Below are positions 24,701 to 39,700 of a DNA stretch of 64,000 bases, piece by piece (position 1 is the stretch's first letter; each line of letters starts with the position of its first letter). Made by a program: the position numbers and the translations under genes. The stretch is from Thalia democratica (Eukaryota), in contig OZ241829.1 of the NCBI GenBank assembly GCA_965202585.1, forward strand, positions 57,784,001-57,848,000, in the 5' to 3' direction. Below the pieces are notes generated by a model. It had not been told where the DNA came from. It saw only the letters and a list, made by a program, of their open reading frames with translations, and did not search any database.

Positions 24701-27700
24701 TCTCTAAAGTATGTATTTATTTGAATTTATTCATACGTCATAATGTAAACTTACTTTTCAAACTGTTTAATAACCAAAAAAACTAATTCAAAATCATTTA
24801 ACATTTACCACTTGACAATGAAACTAGTACAGTTTTGAAAAGCTTTGTGAGATAAAATAAAAAATAAAATGAGTAATCTGTTAATAATAAGTTGCAAATG
24901 GTATATAAATACGTTTAAAAACCTTCCTAAAATAGTACTTAACAGTTAAATTTATATTGTATTAAAAACTACTTTAATAACAATTAAACATTGGTAAAAA
25001 GAATACTTTCATGTTTCTTTTTTACGGTCTCTCAAAAAAGCATGCAGTATAATAAACACTCTTGTTTTTTTTCTTACCTTGAGTATAGAAATGAACTAAG
25101 TGAACTGTAAAAAAAATATAAAAACATTATCAAAATAATTTACAGTTATAAACTTTGATTGTAAAACAGTTTACATTTTACATTTTTATCTACAATAGAA
25201 AAAAAAATTAGCCGGGTTTATCATAAAAAAATGCCTTATATATATATATGATATGGACTATAACTTTTTTGTAATTTTGAAGCAAATGCTTTTGTATAAA
25301 AAGAAAATTCTATTGGCTGAAATTTTATATTGTTATATTAGAAGTTAGAATAGACGCCTCATAAATCACGTAAAGTATAGAAATAATAGTATTTGTTTCA
25401 AACTTAAATAATGATTGACAGCGCTTTACCTGCGCTGTAACATTTCTTCAGGACCGCTCAATCTTTGCATTGCAACATCGCCGTAAGCTGAGGATGATAC
25501 AGAAGATGTGCTTGCAGTGGAGGCTCTCGAATTGTTTCCATCACTGGAGGGCAGTGTGTTGTTCCTCCGCTTTATTGTGGCTTCCGAATACAGGAAACTC
25601 TTAGGGATTTCGTTTGAGTTACGGATTTCCCTAAGTAAAATATCATAAAATAAGGTATATAACCAATTTTTTTAATAAATACAATTAAAACAGAAATTCA
25701 TAACATAAGTTTTAAACTTAAAACTAAGCAAAAATTACTTGTTATTAGTTGGGCTGGAGCTATCAACTCGCTTTCTCTGTCGTTCAAAGCTTTGCCTCCT
25801 CCTTTCTTTAGCACTGGAGCCTTTTCTTTGTAGCACAGCTCGTGTGTTTTTTTCATCTGCAGCCGAATACATATTATCTTTTGCTTTCAATTCTTCGTCA
25901 GCACTTTTGCTCTTCTTATCATCCGCTGTTTGCTTGCTGGAGTTTCTTTGACTTCTGAGAAGGAAAGACGATCGCTCTTTGTGAGCAAATTTATTATCAC
26001 CAGAAGAAGTTGTGTTGCTGCGAGGTTTTTGGGCTGGCGGAAAACGTTTTGGGGATTGTGGAGCTGACGGAGCCTTGTTGCCTGGTGACAAGTCTGTATG
26101 GTTTGGATCGACTGGGGACGAGCCTGACCTATAAATATACAACTTTATAAATAAAAGTATAAATTACAACTTTATAAATATTCTTTAAAATTTTAAGAAC
26201 AAAAAAATCATATACATTATATTGTCTTATTAGAAATACCCAAAGCAAAACATAAATCTAAAACTTTATTGCAATTGTATGAAGTTCAGGATAGCAAACA
26301 TGTTTAAATACAATTAGTATATACACAAGTAAAAATACATGAGTGCATTATCGATCTAAAAGTTAAAATATTGTTATTAACACTTTTTATACTTTCTATA
26401 AATTATTAAATGTAGGTCCTATATTAAGAACGGTTATACAGAAAAAAGTTATAATTTTGTAAAACATATGTTTACTGTTTTTTTTTTTTGTTTTATTCTA
26501 AATATATTTTGAACTACACCGTTTAATGTTTTTTAACACTACAAAAGTTGCAAAAGAAAAATTTTGAGGCTGCTACTCTTTATTTTGACCCAGCAATAAT
26601 TTTGTTAATCCTTGATAAATACTTAAAGAAAACAAAAAACAAATTTCATGATTTTTAAAAACGAAATAAGGTCCAAGCAAATGTAAGGTTTGCTTATTGC
26701 TATCATTTTACATATCTCTTTCTTAAAACTAAAGTATTATTACTATTAGTCTATTACTAAAGTTTTAAATGAATTTTAAATCATAATTGTAGAAAATCAG
26801 ATTTATACAACTTTTGCTCAGCTAAAAGGTTTCTTCAAATTTGGTGCCTGTTAAACAACACTTTTCAACCTTAGGAGAGTGATTATTAAAAGATAATCAT
26901 TTGTAATATACTGTTCGGATGTTTTAAGAGATTTACAGGACTAGTTAAAAACAAGGAAAGAAAAAATAGATTGAAATATTTTAATGCTGCTTTAAACTGA
27001 TACCATAATGAATAAAAAAAGCATTTTAATTGTTAGTATTTAGCTGTCATAAACGCAAATACAAGCCACTAAACCGTCAATAAATGTCGCCATAATTGCT
27101 AAAAACTCGGTAGAAAAATTCTAAATATAGCAACAATCCTGAAATAGCCAAATAATTACGAAACTTAAGAAAAAAGTTAAGCATTAAGAAGCTCAAATTA
27201 AATTGATACTAAAAAATAAAACAGCTTTTCGTAGCTAATAACAGTCAAATGTTTAAAACTGTAAAAGCTATAGTGTAAAAAAATTTTATAAACTATATAT
27301 GCTATACTTTTTAAACATATGTTACTATATATTCAATAACAGTTACTATAACAGTAAATATAGATATAAAATACAGTTATTAATAACTATAAATATAGCT
27401 AGAATTAAAACCTTTTTATTTTGTTAATAAAGTATTGTCTATAAATATTTTTATTAAATATTTCTCTAATTGTTTGAAATTTTTAGTTCTTGTTTACATA
27501 AATAGTATTAAAACAAAAATTATTAATGCTTCAAAGTTTAACAAAAAGAAAACAATAACAATTTTTTGAATTTTATCTTTCTATAATTTGATTTATTTTG
27601 AATCAATCTTACAAAAGTTTTAACAAAACTGTTGACAAATAACTAATGTTTTATCTATAAATTAAATATACAATTATGTGTTTAGTGAGTAAATTTCATT

Positions 27701-30700
27701 GTACCAATGCTTGGTATAAAAACAGTTTAAAAAACTATTTAGTTTTGAATAACACAAGGCAACAGTTTATAAAAATCAAAACATTAAGCTTTCTAATTTT
27801 TATGACAATTTAGTTGTTCAGGATAGTACTTCTTTAAATGTTGATATACTGAAACATGCTTTTTTTAATTGCAACTACTATAGAAAAGTTAACAAAAGCT
27901 AACTCATGTAAAGTTAGCAATACTACATGTTTGTAAAATTTATAAATACTTAAAAGTTTTAAATTTAAACCATTCTGTAAAATTAAGTAATCAAGTCTTT
28001 ACCTTATTAAAAATCTAAAACTACAAGAAAAAGTCTGAAAATTTTTCATCAAAGTTTAGATAAAAAAGTTGTTACTATCAGTTTTTTACATCGAATAAAA
28101 GTTAAATACCTGTCTTGATTTTTAAGAGCGTTGTTTCGAGCAACTGGAGTTGTTCCGAACAATTTGGCCGTATCGTAAACAGTTCTTTGCAATATTGTTT
28201 CAACCTCTTTCGCCTCCTTTTCTACTTTGTCAATTTTTCTCACGTACCTATGCGAATGCTGCGGAGTTTTCGATCCGCTCCAAGCTGGCTTCAGCACAGT
28301 TAACTTGCAGTTAACAGGAGAACTCGAGTCTTTTAAGCAAGGCAGCTGACTTTTTATTGATTCAATGTTCGGTGCTTGTCTGTCTTTGAAACTTGGTGGC
28401 TTAGGCTTTAGAGCTGGTTTTTTTATGCTGTTCTTTTTCCATGCACTAGTTTCAGTTCTATTTGCTGTAAAAAAGTACTTGTGTAATTTCGTTTGTAAAA
28501 TTATCGTTTTATAAATGTGTTTTTTTATCATTAGAAAGTTGTATCTACACATTCTTTTAGCAGTCTCAAAAACCACAGAGTTTTTTTTTCAAAACATCAA
28601 AAATACCTTTTACATGTTTTAAATTTTTTTAGTTATTTCAATTACTTGAATTAATAATTAAAACTTTTTTTTTTTTAATCTATAGAAATTACATATACTA
28701 CATAAAATTTATTGATCAACATTTAAGTAAGAAAAAATATATGTATATACTTTTGTATAGAATTCAAATTATTTTATACTTATAAATTTCTAAATTTCAA
28801 AAAAAAAAACTACTAGTTTTAACAAAGCAAAAACTAGACTACAAATTTTGACAAAACACTAATAATAATAAATGTAAACTTAACTCTTAAAACTAAACCA
28901 TTTAGCAACAAATAACTTTTTTTTAACACTACGTGTTAAATAATTCAAAAGGAAACTAAAAAATCTACTATAAGTTTGATTTGTGTATAAATCAAAATTT
29001 GTCAAACTAATTTGAGCAAAAGTATTTGGTTAAAAACTGCTAAAAGTTACAAGTTTACAGTATCAAAAATTAACTACTACAGTTGAAATTAAAGAAAAGT
29101 ACTTAGATTTGAAAATATTAAGCAAAATTTTTAATAAATATTTACGCCAACCTTATGTTTGTCATGAACAACCTCACTAGAAACTCAGAATTTTTTAAAC
29201 AAATAATCTATGAACAAAGGCTGTGTTAAAAAATAACTAAAACTAGATAGCCAATTTTTTTAAATATCATCAATTATGGATCTTAAGTAAACAGCTGCTT
29301 TAAATTATAACTTTTTATCTATCTTCTTTCTTTAAAACGAATTAGCACTTTACAGATTTTAAAAAAATATCAAACCAACAGATACTAAATCTGTTTATTA
29401 AAAACAATTAACACAGAGTGTTAAGGCTAAACTTTAATTTTTACTTTATTTAACAACAAAGTCAAAACTAAAAAAAAAATTAATCAAAAACTTCCTTGAT
29501 TGTAACAATTACACAATGTATAGCTAAAGTATGGTGATAAAAATTCAAGGATGCTTGTAACTTATTAATACTCAATACACGTTTAAAACGTGTAAGCGCT
29601 TTACATATAACAAAAGATAAGCTTGAGCTAAGAAAATATATTCCAAATCTTTTCAAGTTATCTAAGCAATATGAAAGTTAAAAATACATATAACCACCAA
29701 AATTTGAAAATACACTTAAAACTAAAATCTGAATAAACAATAAAAAATTAAACAAACTCACTAAAAAGTCAGACTGATGACACTGAAGAAAAACTTATTG
29801 AGCTCCAAACTTTTGCTAGAACAAACAAAATAAACAATGAAAGCAGAGATTGTGACGAAATAACTAAAGACTATTCTGAAAAATATGCCATCAACTTATC
29901 TACAAGTAAAATTACTGGTGGTCTGTAACTATTAATCATGTGTGAAACGTGATTTTTGATGGTTATCAGCTTTCTTTTTCTAATTAAATATTCTACCGAA
30001 GATTACAACTCATTCCCTTTTTAATGTTTTCTTAAAATAATCACTTATAAAGCTTCTCTTTAAATAAACGTACTTACTTTAAAAATTAATAACTTTTATT
30101 CATTTTTTATTTAAGTTAAGCTTTTGCTTCAACTGAAACATTGGCATTGTAATTTTCGCTTATTGGAAATCTACTTGACATAAAGCACTATCGTTTACCA
30201 CAACATTCGGCACGAGACTACTTTTGGTTTTACTTTTCTCTTTGTATATTACCAACCGCTTATAGTTTGTTCTAAAATCAGTTAATGAGATTATTTACGT
30301 TGATTTATTTTAAAGTTCTAAACCATACGTAGCTCAGTTAAGTATTTAGAAAGCTTAAATATTTAGTTTTAGATGGCTTCATTTCGATACATAACAAAAA
30401 GGATGGTACATTAATTTAAATGTATTTTTCAAATTCTATGTCCAAGTTATTTAAACATTATTTTGCTACACTGTTATCTAAAACTATCGCTAATATCAAT
30501 TATAGTTAAATAACTAACTATCAATTAAAAAAAAAGGCTAATAGATTAACAAAATTTTATTGTATATTTAGTTATAAGTTTCACAACTATAGGAAAGTAA
30601 TTACAAAAGTTTTATAACAAGCATGTAATTAAAAACTTGTAAATTTATAAAAATCAATACTACAATACGCAACAGAATTTGCACGATATTTATTTAATAT

Positions 30701-33700
30701 AAAACAGTCATATTTCATTAAATCCTTAACTTTTAATCAAGCTCAGTAATTTTTATTTCAAAATAAACACTTAGATAAAAATAAATTAACAATAAGTACT
30801 ATTTAATCAAAACTTACTAGAGTCAAAAATAATTTGTAATATTACTGGTATTTTGGTTACAAATTAATAAATTAGTTAAGTTGAGTTCAATAACTTACAA
30901 TGTTTTTGCTTTAAATTTTTTTTTTATTTTACACAAGGTGATTTTCAAACTTTCTAAACATTACTTAGATCTTGGGTAGTGTACGCTTTTCCACCAGCCG
31001 AACATATCATGACTTGTACCTACGTATAAATACGCACTTCCTATATTCACTACACATGTGAATGGCTCTAACTTATTTTTTTTTGGTGTTTTAATTATTT
31101 GTTACATTTAATTTATGATAAAGTTAACATGTATACTTAATTGAGTTCACAAAATAAATTTTAACTTAAAATGAACAACTTTCATTAATTTTATAGGACA
31201 GAATATTTTTAACAAAAAAAGAATAATTCTATTCACTTAACAAAATATTAGACATTAAAGAAATTAAAAACATAAAATAAAACTCTTTATTAATATTTAG
31301 ATACGATTTTTTAATTAAATGATCTCTAAAACAACCATGAGAAAAATATTTAGACAATTTAAAGTATATATAGTTTACGATTAATGGTCTCAATTTAAGT
31401 ATGTTTATAAAACATAAATTTGACAGCTGTAAACTTGTGAAAAAATTTCCTCATACCTAAATTACATCATATAAATAAAATATTAAACAGAGTATCTTTT
31501 TATGTAACAAGTTTATTTATTTTATTTCTCATTAGTTAAGTTCTTCCGGTTATACTATTTTTATAAAAAAAGTTTATAACAGAATATAAAAAATTACAAT
31601 TAAACTGTGTTTTTGTAAAAATCATAACTATAATTATGAAGTTAGTATATTTTAAAATAGAATTTAGATCAAAAAAAGTTCTAAGTGCAACTAGTTGAAT
31701 AAACTATTATGAACAAAAACCTCACAAACTTTGAGTTGATAAATAAATCAATATAACAAATATATATAGACTACCTATAAAAACTTACAAAATATAATGT
31801 TTTCAAATATGTTTAAGAAAACTAACAAACACATATATTTACATAAAAACGATTTACTTAAATATTTTTATTTTTAAAAAGTTAAAATACGATCTGACAC
31901 TATAGAATTCGACTACATATATCACTAACAAGTAACAACAAAGAAATTGAACAAATTTTACTAATAAAATAGAAATACTTCATACAATTTTTTTATTTAA
32001 ATTTTTTTTGATTATGAATAAAAGTGAATTATAAACAAAATCAAAACTGTAAGAATATATTTTTTTCCTTTTTTATCAAAAACAACTTAGAGCAAACATT
32101 TTTAAATACAAGTTAATCCGTCAAATCAATAAAACAACAATAAAACTAATTAGCTATAGTATTACAGAACAAGGAACAGTATTTTAAATACGACTGTTTT
32201 AAGATTCAACTGGTAATAAAAAAAATATACTATTCATGAAAATAAAATAATTAGTTTCATTATAGTAAAAATTCCTAAGAAAATTAGGTTGACTCTTAAT
32301 AAGTTGTAAACAACGTCAAAAATTAAAACTTTTTACATCATTAAAATCAAATTAAAAAGCTTTGAGCTTGTATATAGTTTCGTTACAATATTTCTTAAAT
32401 ACACAACAGAAAAAGAATATTAAAAAAATCTAAAATTTTAGGTAATTAAACTTTAAAAATATAGATTAGCTAAGAATGACACTTAATAATATACCTATAT
32501 ACTAGATAATAATATTACTTTGGAATATTCTAGTTAAAAACTAAATTCAAAACTAAAGCAAAGATATAAGTTAGATTAAGGGTGAGTAACGTTTGGGATA
32601 CAGCCCATCACGTATTTATTAGTTTCAAATTTAACTTAAACAAAGTTATCAAAAATGAGCTTTTTTCCAACATATATTTTTAAAATTGCTTATAACTAGA
32701 TTTTCAGTACACATAAGTTATATCTCATAGTACGTTTTTTTTTTATACTACAAACTTTATTTTATGGCCAACACAGGCGTTGTTTAACAAGTCCGACCCG
32801 CGTAGGTCTATTAATGGCAAGTCTAGCCGATTAGAAAAGTTGTCTACCCTTAGGTTAAATTTATATTAAGTAACAAGTAATACTTTTAACTAAGTAATAT
32901 AATTTAGACCAAACAATAAAAAACCTGTGATCATGTAAAATATAAATTATTTTTGAATTACAGCCTCTGAGCAAAATATTCAGGTTATTTACTCAGTTCA
33001 TTTTATGCTTAGTTTAAATAATTATTAAATAAAAAGTAGAGAAAAAAATATAAGTTTAGATAGACAAGTAGAGATTGTATAAATATATCAGATATATAAA
33101 TATAGAAAATGTTGTATAAGCATTATAGAGTTATAGTAGAGGTTGTAACTTTTAAAGTTTTAAACTGTGGAATTAAGTAACCTATCAAGTACTACTAACC
33201 TTAGAAAAAAATATTTGTAATTAAATTTTTACAACATTTGTGCATTTCAATTGGTGTGAGCTCCTTATATTTCAAACGTGACAAAAGAGTAAAAAGTTTA
33301 TGTAACCAAGATTATAGGGTATGCACAGTCATTGGCCTAATGATACGCTTGACACACAAACCTGGTCATTTTAACTCAAAACATTTTTTTATGCTATCGC
33401 TAGTGAAATTAAAATTTGAAACGTTAAAACTTTCTCTTTTGTTTTAATTGCTTTGAAAACTGCAATATATGCATTTCTGTTACTCCGGACTAAAAAGTGT
33501 TTTCAGCTAAAGTCAAAAAAAATATTGTAAAAAGTATACAAAGATCAACGAAAAATCTTACAGTAACTAATTTTAAAACAAAACATTCATAAAAACAAAA
33601 TAAATAAGTTTCAAGTTTATATTATTTTCAACCAGTGTTAGTTTATTACGAATATTAACAAAAAATGCTGCGTGTTATACTTCTATGTAGCGCTGTAAGA

Positions 33701-36700
33701 CTACAACAAAGCGGATATTAATGATATCCAAACTAATAACTTACAACTGGCAATCCAATATAATTTGGTTTTCAAAAAAAAAAATAAGTATATATAATTT
33801 AATAAAGTGTAATAAAAAACTGTAGAAGTTATCTTAAGTAGAATTAATACAGTTTTGAGCTTTCTATTTCAATTAAAACAGTCTTGCCAAATGAAGTTTT
33901 ATTGAGAAAAAAATTATTTAAGTGTATATAAAACAATTACCTACTTAATTTTTGGCATTAAGACAAAACTTGACTTTGACTATTTTCATACAAGTATCAT
34001 AAACTAGATAATTAATTAACTATATTTAAAAACATGAATACAATAACCATATACTACGTATGTTTACACTTTCTTGCATATTTCTTAATGACGTTACGTC
34101 TTTATGGAAATATTAAAGTTTAAAACAATTTGAATGACGTTAGCAAAAACTAAAACGTTAAAAGGAAGTAGTACGTTTTTACAATTTACAAAACTTAAGT
34201 TACATGTTAATAAATTTTTGTTGGCTTAAAGTTAAAAAGATATTTATAATCACTGATTGATTTCAAATATAACTAATCAATGACCTAACTTTATTGCTAA
34301 GAAGCAACCAATTAAAAACATTTACGTTGATTTCAGGGTTCGTGCGCGAAATTTTTTTAATTTAGCCTGACTGAGACCAATTTAGCCTGACATTTTTCAA
34401 AGTAAGGAAAATCCCCTTTAGAAGTCATTTTAGGTATTGGGGGGCCTTAATAGTACTATTATAGTCTCAGACTTCAACCAGCTTTATCTCAAAAATATTT
34501 TGAGCTTCAAAAATATGCAGAAAGCAACTCATAGCTTAGTTACAACTCAATAAAATAAGACTAAATTGTGAAAAAGGTGATTGATGTCGTATCAGGTTTA
34601 AAAAGCTTACACTTTAATTTAAAAAAACGTTTAAAATTTTGTTTATATAAAAAAAAATTAATTGTACCTAAAATTTGAACTCCCACAAAACTTAGTACTT
34701 ATATCTTAAAGCTAAGTTTTAGTGCTTTGATATCTCCAATAACTTTAAACAAACAGTAAAATATATGAATAAACTGCTAAGACTTTAAATCTAAAAAGTT
34801 TTTGGTATAAAGCCTTTAAACTAGAAATTAAAACAGTTCAACCAACTAAGCTCTTAAAAACATAGCTGATGTAAACAAATTCAAACAAAAAGATAAATTG
34901 TTGAACTATACTGTAATATTTAAACTGTATTTTTTTAAGAATTTTTATAATTATGACGTATATAATCTACTCAAAACAAAATAATGAAGGTTCTTAAAAA
35001 AAATTTAAGGTTTTAAGCATTTGTTTTTACAAATACTGACTGATTTTGTCTTTAATAACTATATCTTTATTTAGAATTAAAAACACATCTCAATTTGATC
35101 TTAAAAAGATTTCTTTTTTAATCTTTTTTAATCAAAGATTTTCAAGCATTTGAACTGAGAAAAACTGAAGTTCTCAAATTTTTAAATAAAAAAACTGATT
35201 TAGCCTGACGTTTTTCAACTTTTTTCAAAAAAACTGATTTAGCCTGACTTAGCCTGATTTAGCCTGACGCGCACGAACCCTGTGATTTGTCAACTAAACA
35301 AAAAAATTATATCTTTTTCAATACTTTTAAAACTTTATAGATAAAAAACAACAAAAACCTGACTGTACTTTTTCATCCCACAGTTTTTTAACTTCAAAAA
35401 ATGATCTTGGAATGTTTGGATCAGATATTGACCTTCTATTTCTCGAGTTCTTTTGAATTCTACCCATCCTTAAAGCCACCGGCTCTAAATTTCTCATTTT
35501 GACCTGCCTAGAGCTGAGGTCGGGTGTCTTGCTACCTTTGAAATCCCTCCTTGGAGCATTTAGCCCGCACTCAGCGTTAGCTTGGGTGATTTTGGAGTTC
35601 AACTCCATGCTATCGTTTGTACTCTGAGCAGGAACTGTAAGAAAAATACGATTAAAGAAAACTTATAATACTCGAAAAACTTAGTTTAATTACATTGCAG
35701 TTTAAAATTTAGTACATGCAATCTCAAAATTTGTTTTTGCATTGTTACCTACTTACCTATATCACAATACTAAGTATATCTTACCATTACACCTTTGAGC
35801 TGCTAATCTCAGAACTTCAGCAAAGTTTATGGAGCTACAGTCCATTTTAAGCAAGAGTTAATTAGTAAACAAATAGTTATATTTTAGGTTTGATTCTAAA
35901 GTGTTTAAAACTAGATATAAAGCACCATGCAATACTATTCTCCAAAAATACCAATATAACTTTAAGTAAAACAAATTAAACAAAAAGTTAACATACTCCT
36001 AAAAACAGCTACCATTCTTTTAGACTTTATAACATTTAATCGCATGCCTATTATTATTCATAAACAATGAATGTAAGTGTTTATAATTGTAAATTCAATA
36101 TAATTAAATTAGTTTTTATAAAAGGTATTTAAAACTAAACAATTTAAATTCCAAAGTCTTTTCAGCTTAAAAAAAAATTTATAAGTTTTATTTTCTCTCA
36201 AGTCACTTCAATTATATATCAATTAGTATTATTTTAATAAAAACTCACAAAAAAGTAATGTTTTATTTACTGTCAACAAAGCTAGCTTCGAGAACTCTTA
36301 AAAAGTTTCTTGAAATCAAAGTCAATAAAGATTTATTTAATTACAAAAACTAATTATACTTTAATGAAGCTTATTATTCTAAAAACACAATGAAACTGAT
36401 TAAAGCCATACAGAACAAAACAATTTCAAACGGAAGATAGTAAAATTGCATATGAAAAACTCACTGAACCATGAAAACACAAAAATACTGCTTCACATTT
36501 TTAAATAAAGAAACTAAACTTAACAAGTAATAATTTGACTTAACTACTGTACTTAAGTAATAATGAAATAAAATCTATACTACAAAATTAAATGTTTAGC
36601 AATTAAAATTAGCATACCCTTTCATATATTTTGGGATGAAAGAAAAGCAGTTGGGAAACGCAAGCATAAATTTTCGGTTAGCAAAACATAAGGCAACCGA

Positions 36701-39700
36701 ATCCCAAGAGAAGTTATTTCAGTTGCTTGCAAAGCAATATGAACAGCAGGTGGATTTGGTGAGAGGAACTAAAGAAAAACTATCTTTTTTTTATTGTTGC
36801 AGCAAATAAAGTAAAACAAGTAAAAAATGAGATGTTTAAAGTAAACTAATTACATTTAATTATTTTATAACTTATAAGCTGTTTTAACAAACTTAATTAA
36901 ACTTAATTGCTACAAAGTAGATATCTAACTTATATGCACTACAAAAATAAATGCTACAAGCAAAAAAATATTTTATTTAAACACAAACATTAGCTCTCGA
37001 CTTGTTAGTTTGAAGCCAAACCTCTGTATAGCTTTAACTCAGACGAGAAAGTTTAAATGGAAAAAGAAAAAATAACCATGTACTTTAAACTTTCTTGATT
37101 CAAACTTGTATAACATGTGCTAACGACGCCGCTCGAACAATTTAAAAAAAAAAAGAAAAAAATCTATTAGCTATTCATGAGCGCCATGTGACAATGCTGA
37201 ATAGGTAGCAATACGCAAGAGATTGGTCCTAAATATATGACTTAAGAGGAAATTAAAGCTAATATCAATATTTCAAGTGATTACAATGGCATGTTGATCA
37301 GTTCTATATGTCATTTTTGTAAATTAAAAGTATTGTAATTGCTTATAATTTAAAATAAAGTGTTTAGTTTAAATAAAATAGTAAAACTGAAGACCAAAAC
37401 ACATTTTTCCAAAGTGGGATAAGTTAGTTATTAGAGTATAAAAGATTACTTTTCTACATGTTTGGGTGTAAGTTTACTATATAATTTTTTAAATTTATAA
37501 TTTATTGCTGGTAAAAACAAAGTTATTTTTATTAATTGAAATACTACTCAACAAAATCTATGAATTCAGAAAATCTAAAACCAATATTTATATTAGAAAA
37601 ACATAGTATAAGAAAAACTGCTTTTTAGACTAAATGCTTTATTTAAAAAGTAATAATAAGTCATTTATAAACCTTAGTTAAATTTTTCACTGTAAGTATT
37701 TGAAAAAAAACTTTATAACATTTTGCAATAAATATAATTTAAAGTTTTGAAAATGCTCATTTAAATTATTAAAAATATAATTTTTAATAATGGAACTTTA
37801 ACAAAGTAAAAACAACAACTACTTTTTTATTTTTAGGTAAACAATGTTTTGTTCGAAGAGCTCATTAGTATAAAAAAGTAAATCTTACTTAAATAGAATG
37901 TTTTTATTACTGTCGATTATAAATTTTAACAACATTAAGTTTTTTTTACATATAGAAAACGTCATTTTTAAATAGTATAAGAACGTTTATCTACAAAAAA
38001 AACTATTGTTAAATTGTTAAATTTATATAAAAATGTTAAAATAGATGTTAAATTATAATATAGATAAACTATTCAAATACTTAAAAAAATAATTAACCTT
38101 TTTAAACAACTGAAATTGAGTACATTTTTGACTCTTAACTTTTTATCAAACATAAAAACTGAACCTTAAAAAAACTTGAATGTTTCAAATAAGTTCTTCA
38201 CATTTTTTAATACTTCAAACCTAAATAATTGTTAACTTTAATGCATGACTGCATGGCATTGAACTTGATAGCAGCTAGCTTATCATTCTAACCTCACCTT
38301 TACACCTTTGTTTACATTTTTATAAATAAAACCACGTTCAATTATAGAACTTTACAACTAATAATTTTCAGAATGATAAAATTCAAACTGCAAACAGTAA
38401 TTTTCTAAGCTCTATACTCTTGGTAAAAGTTTGTCAAGGAATAACAGAAATTAGGATATCTGTTTTCAACTTCGTTTTCATTTGGCATATTTTACTTGAT
38501 ACAAGTTTTTATATAAAAAGTATAATTGTTAATCCTGTACACGATACAGCTAGTTATTTTAATTAGAATTATTTGATTGTTTATTTAATTAACACAATAA
38601 ATAAAAGTTTAACCGATATTCTTATAAAAATAAAGTTTTACAGAGCAAAATAACTTGGAATACAATAACTTTTATCTACTTAAATTTCCACAGCCATATT
38701 ACTTTATCATCTATAAACTCTATATAATTTTGATAGTATGGGCTTAAAAGAAAATAAAAAGCTTAATAGCGTAAAAGTATATTAATGTTGCTCAAATATT
38801 AATGCGGATATCATAATTTTTTAAAGTTTAAAACCAACTTTATGGTTTTTTAAACATAAGTTAAGCATGTTAAATAAAATTGTTAAGAAATGTCTTATCA
38901 TAACTATTAACTTATTTTTTTGTTTATCATCTTTTTTACATTTTGTTTAATTTAAAATTTTATTGCTTATCGTTTAGTCAATAAATTGAAGTCATTTTTT
39001 TTTCATCACTTTGCTAAATACTTTTAAAGGAATGATAAATCAACTATAAATTAATCAACTACTCAATCATTAATTGTTTAGCTTATTAAATAAAGTTATA
39101 ATTTTATGTTAAATAGAAGTGATAGTTAAATTTAGAAATCAAAGTTAATTAAAACGAAATATATAACATTAAAAAAAAAACATTTTTAAATACTTCATAA
39201 TAACAACCAATTTATTTTAATTGTGAAAATGTATTTAATAAATTTATAAAACAAAATATCAAACCTCTATGCAATCAAAACTTGTTGTAAAATTCAAAAA
39301 GTATATTCTTTTTTTAATTGCAACAAAAAAACAAAGGTGTTACGTTACTTTTCAGTTAGCTTTATAATACGTAATAAATTTAGTAAGAGCTATTATGTAT
39401 ACTAAATGGTTTTAAATAGCTAGCTTTTTTATTGTTAACTGTGACTCATTTCTTTTTTCCCTATTCTTTTAAAGCAACTACTTTAATCTAATAATAATAT
39501 ATATTTAACTTATCATAAACTGTACAAAGATTGAACAACATTTTTATAATGGCCAACTAGTTAATTAAAAATATCACAAGCTCAAGCTTCTGTTTATTAG
39601 TTTTTTATAACTTAATTATCTGAGTACTTCATCAAAAGTAAAAAGTATGGCATAGAGCAGCATTTATATTGAACTTAATACTCTGTATATATTAAACTTT

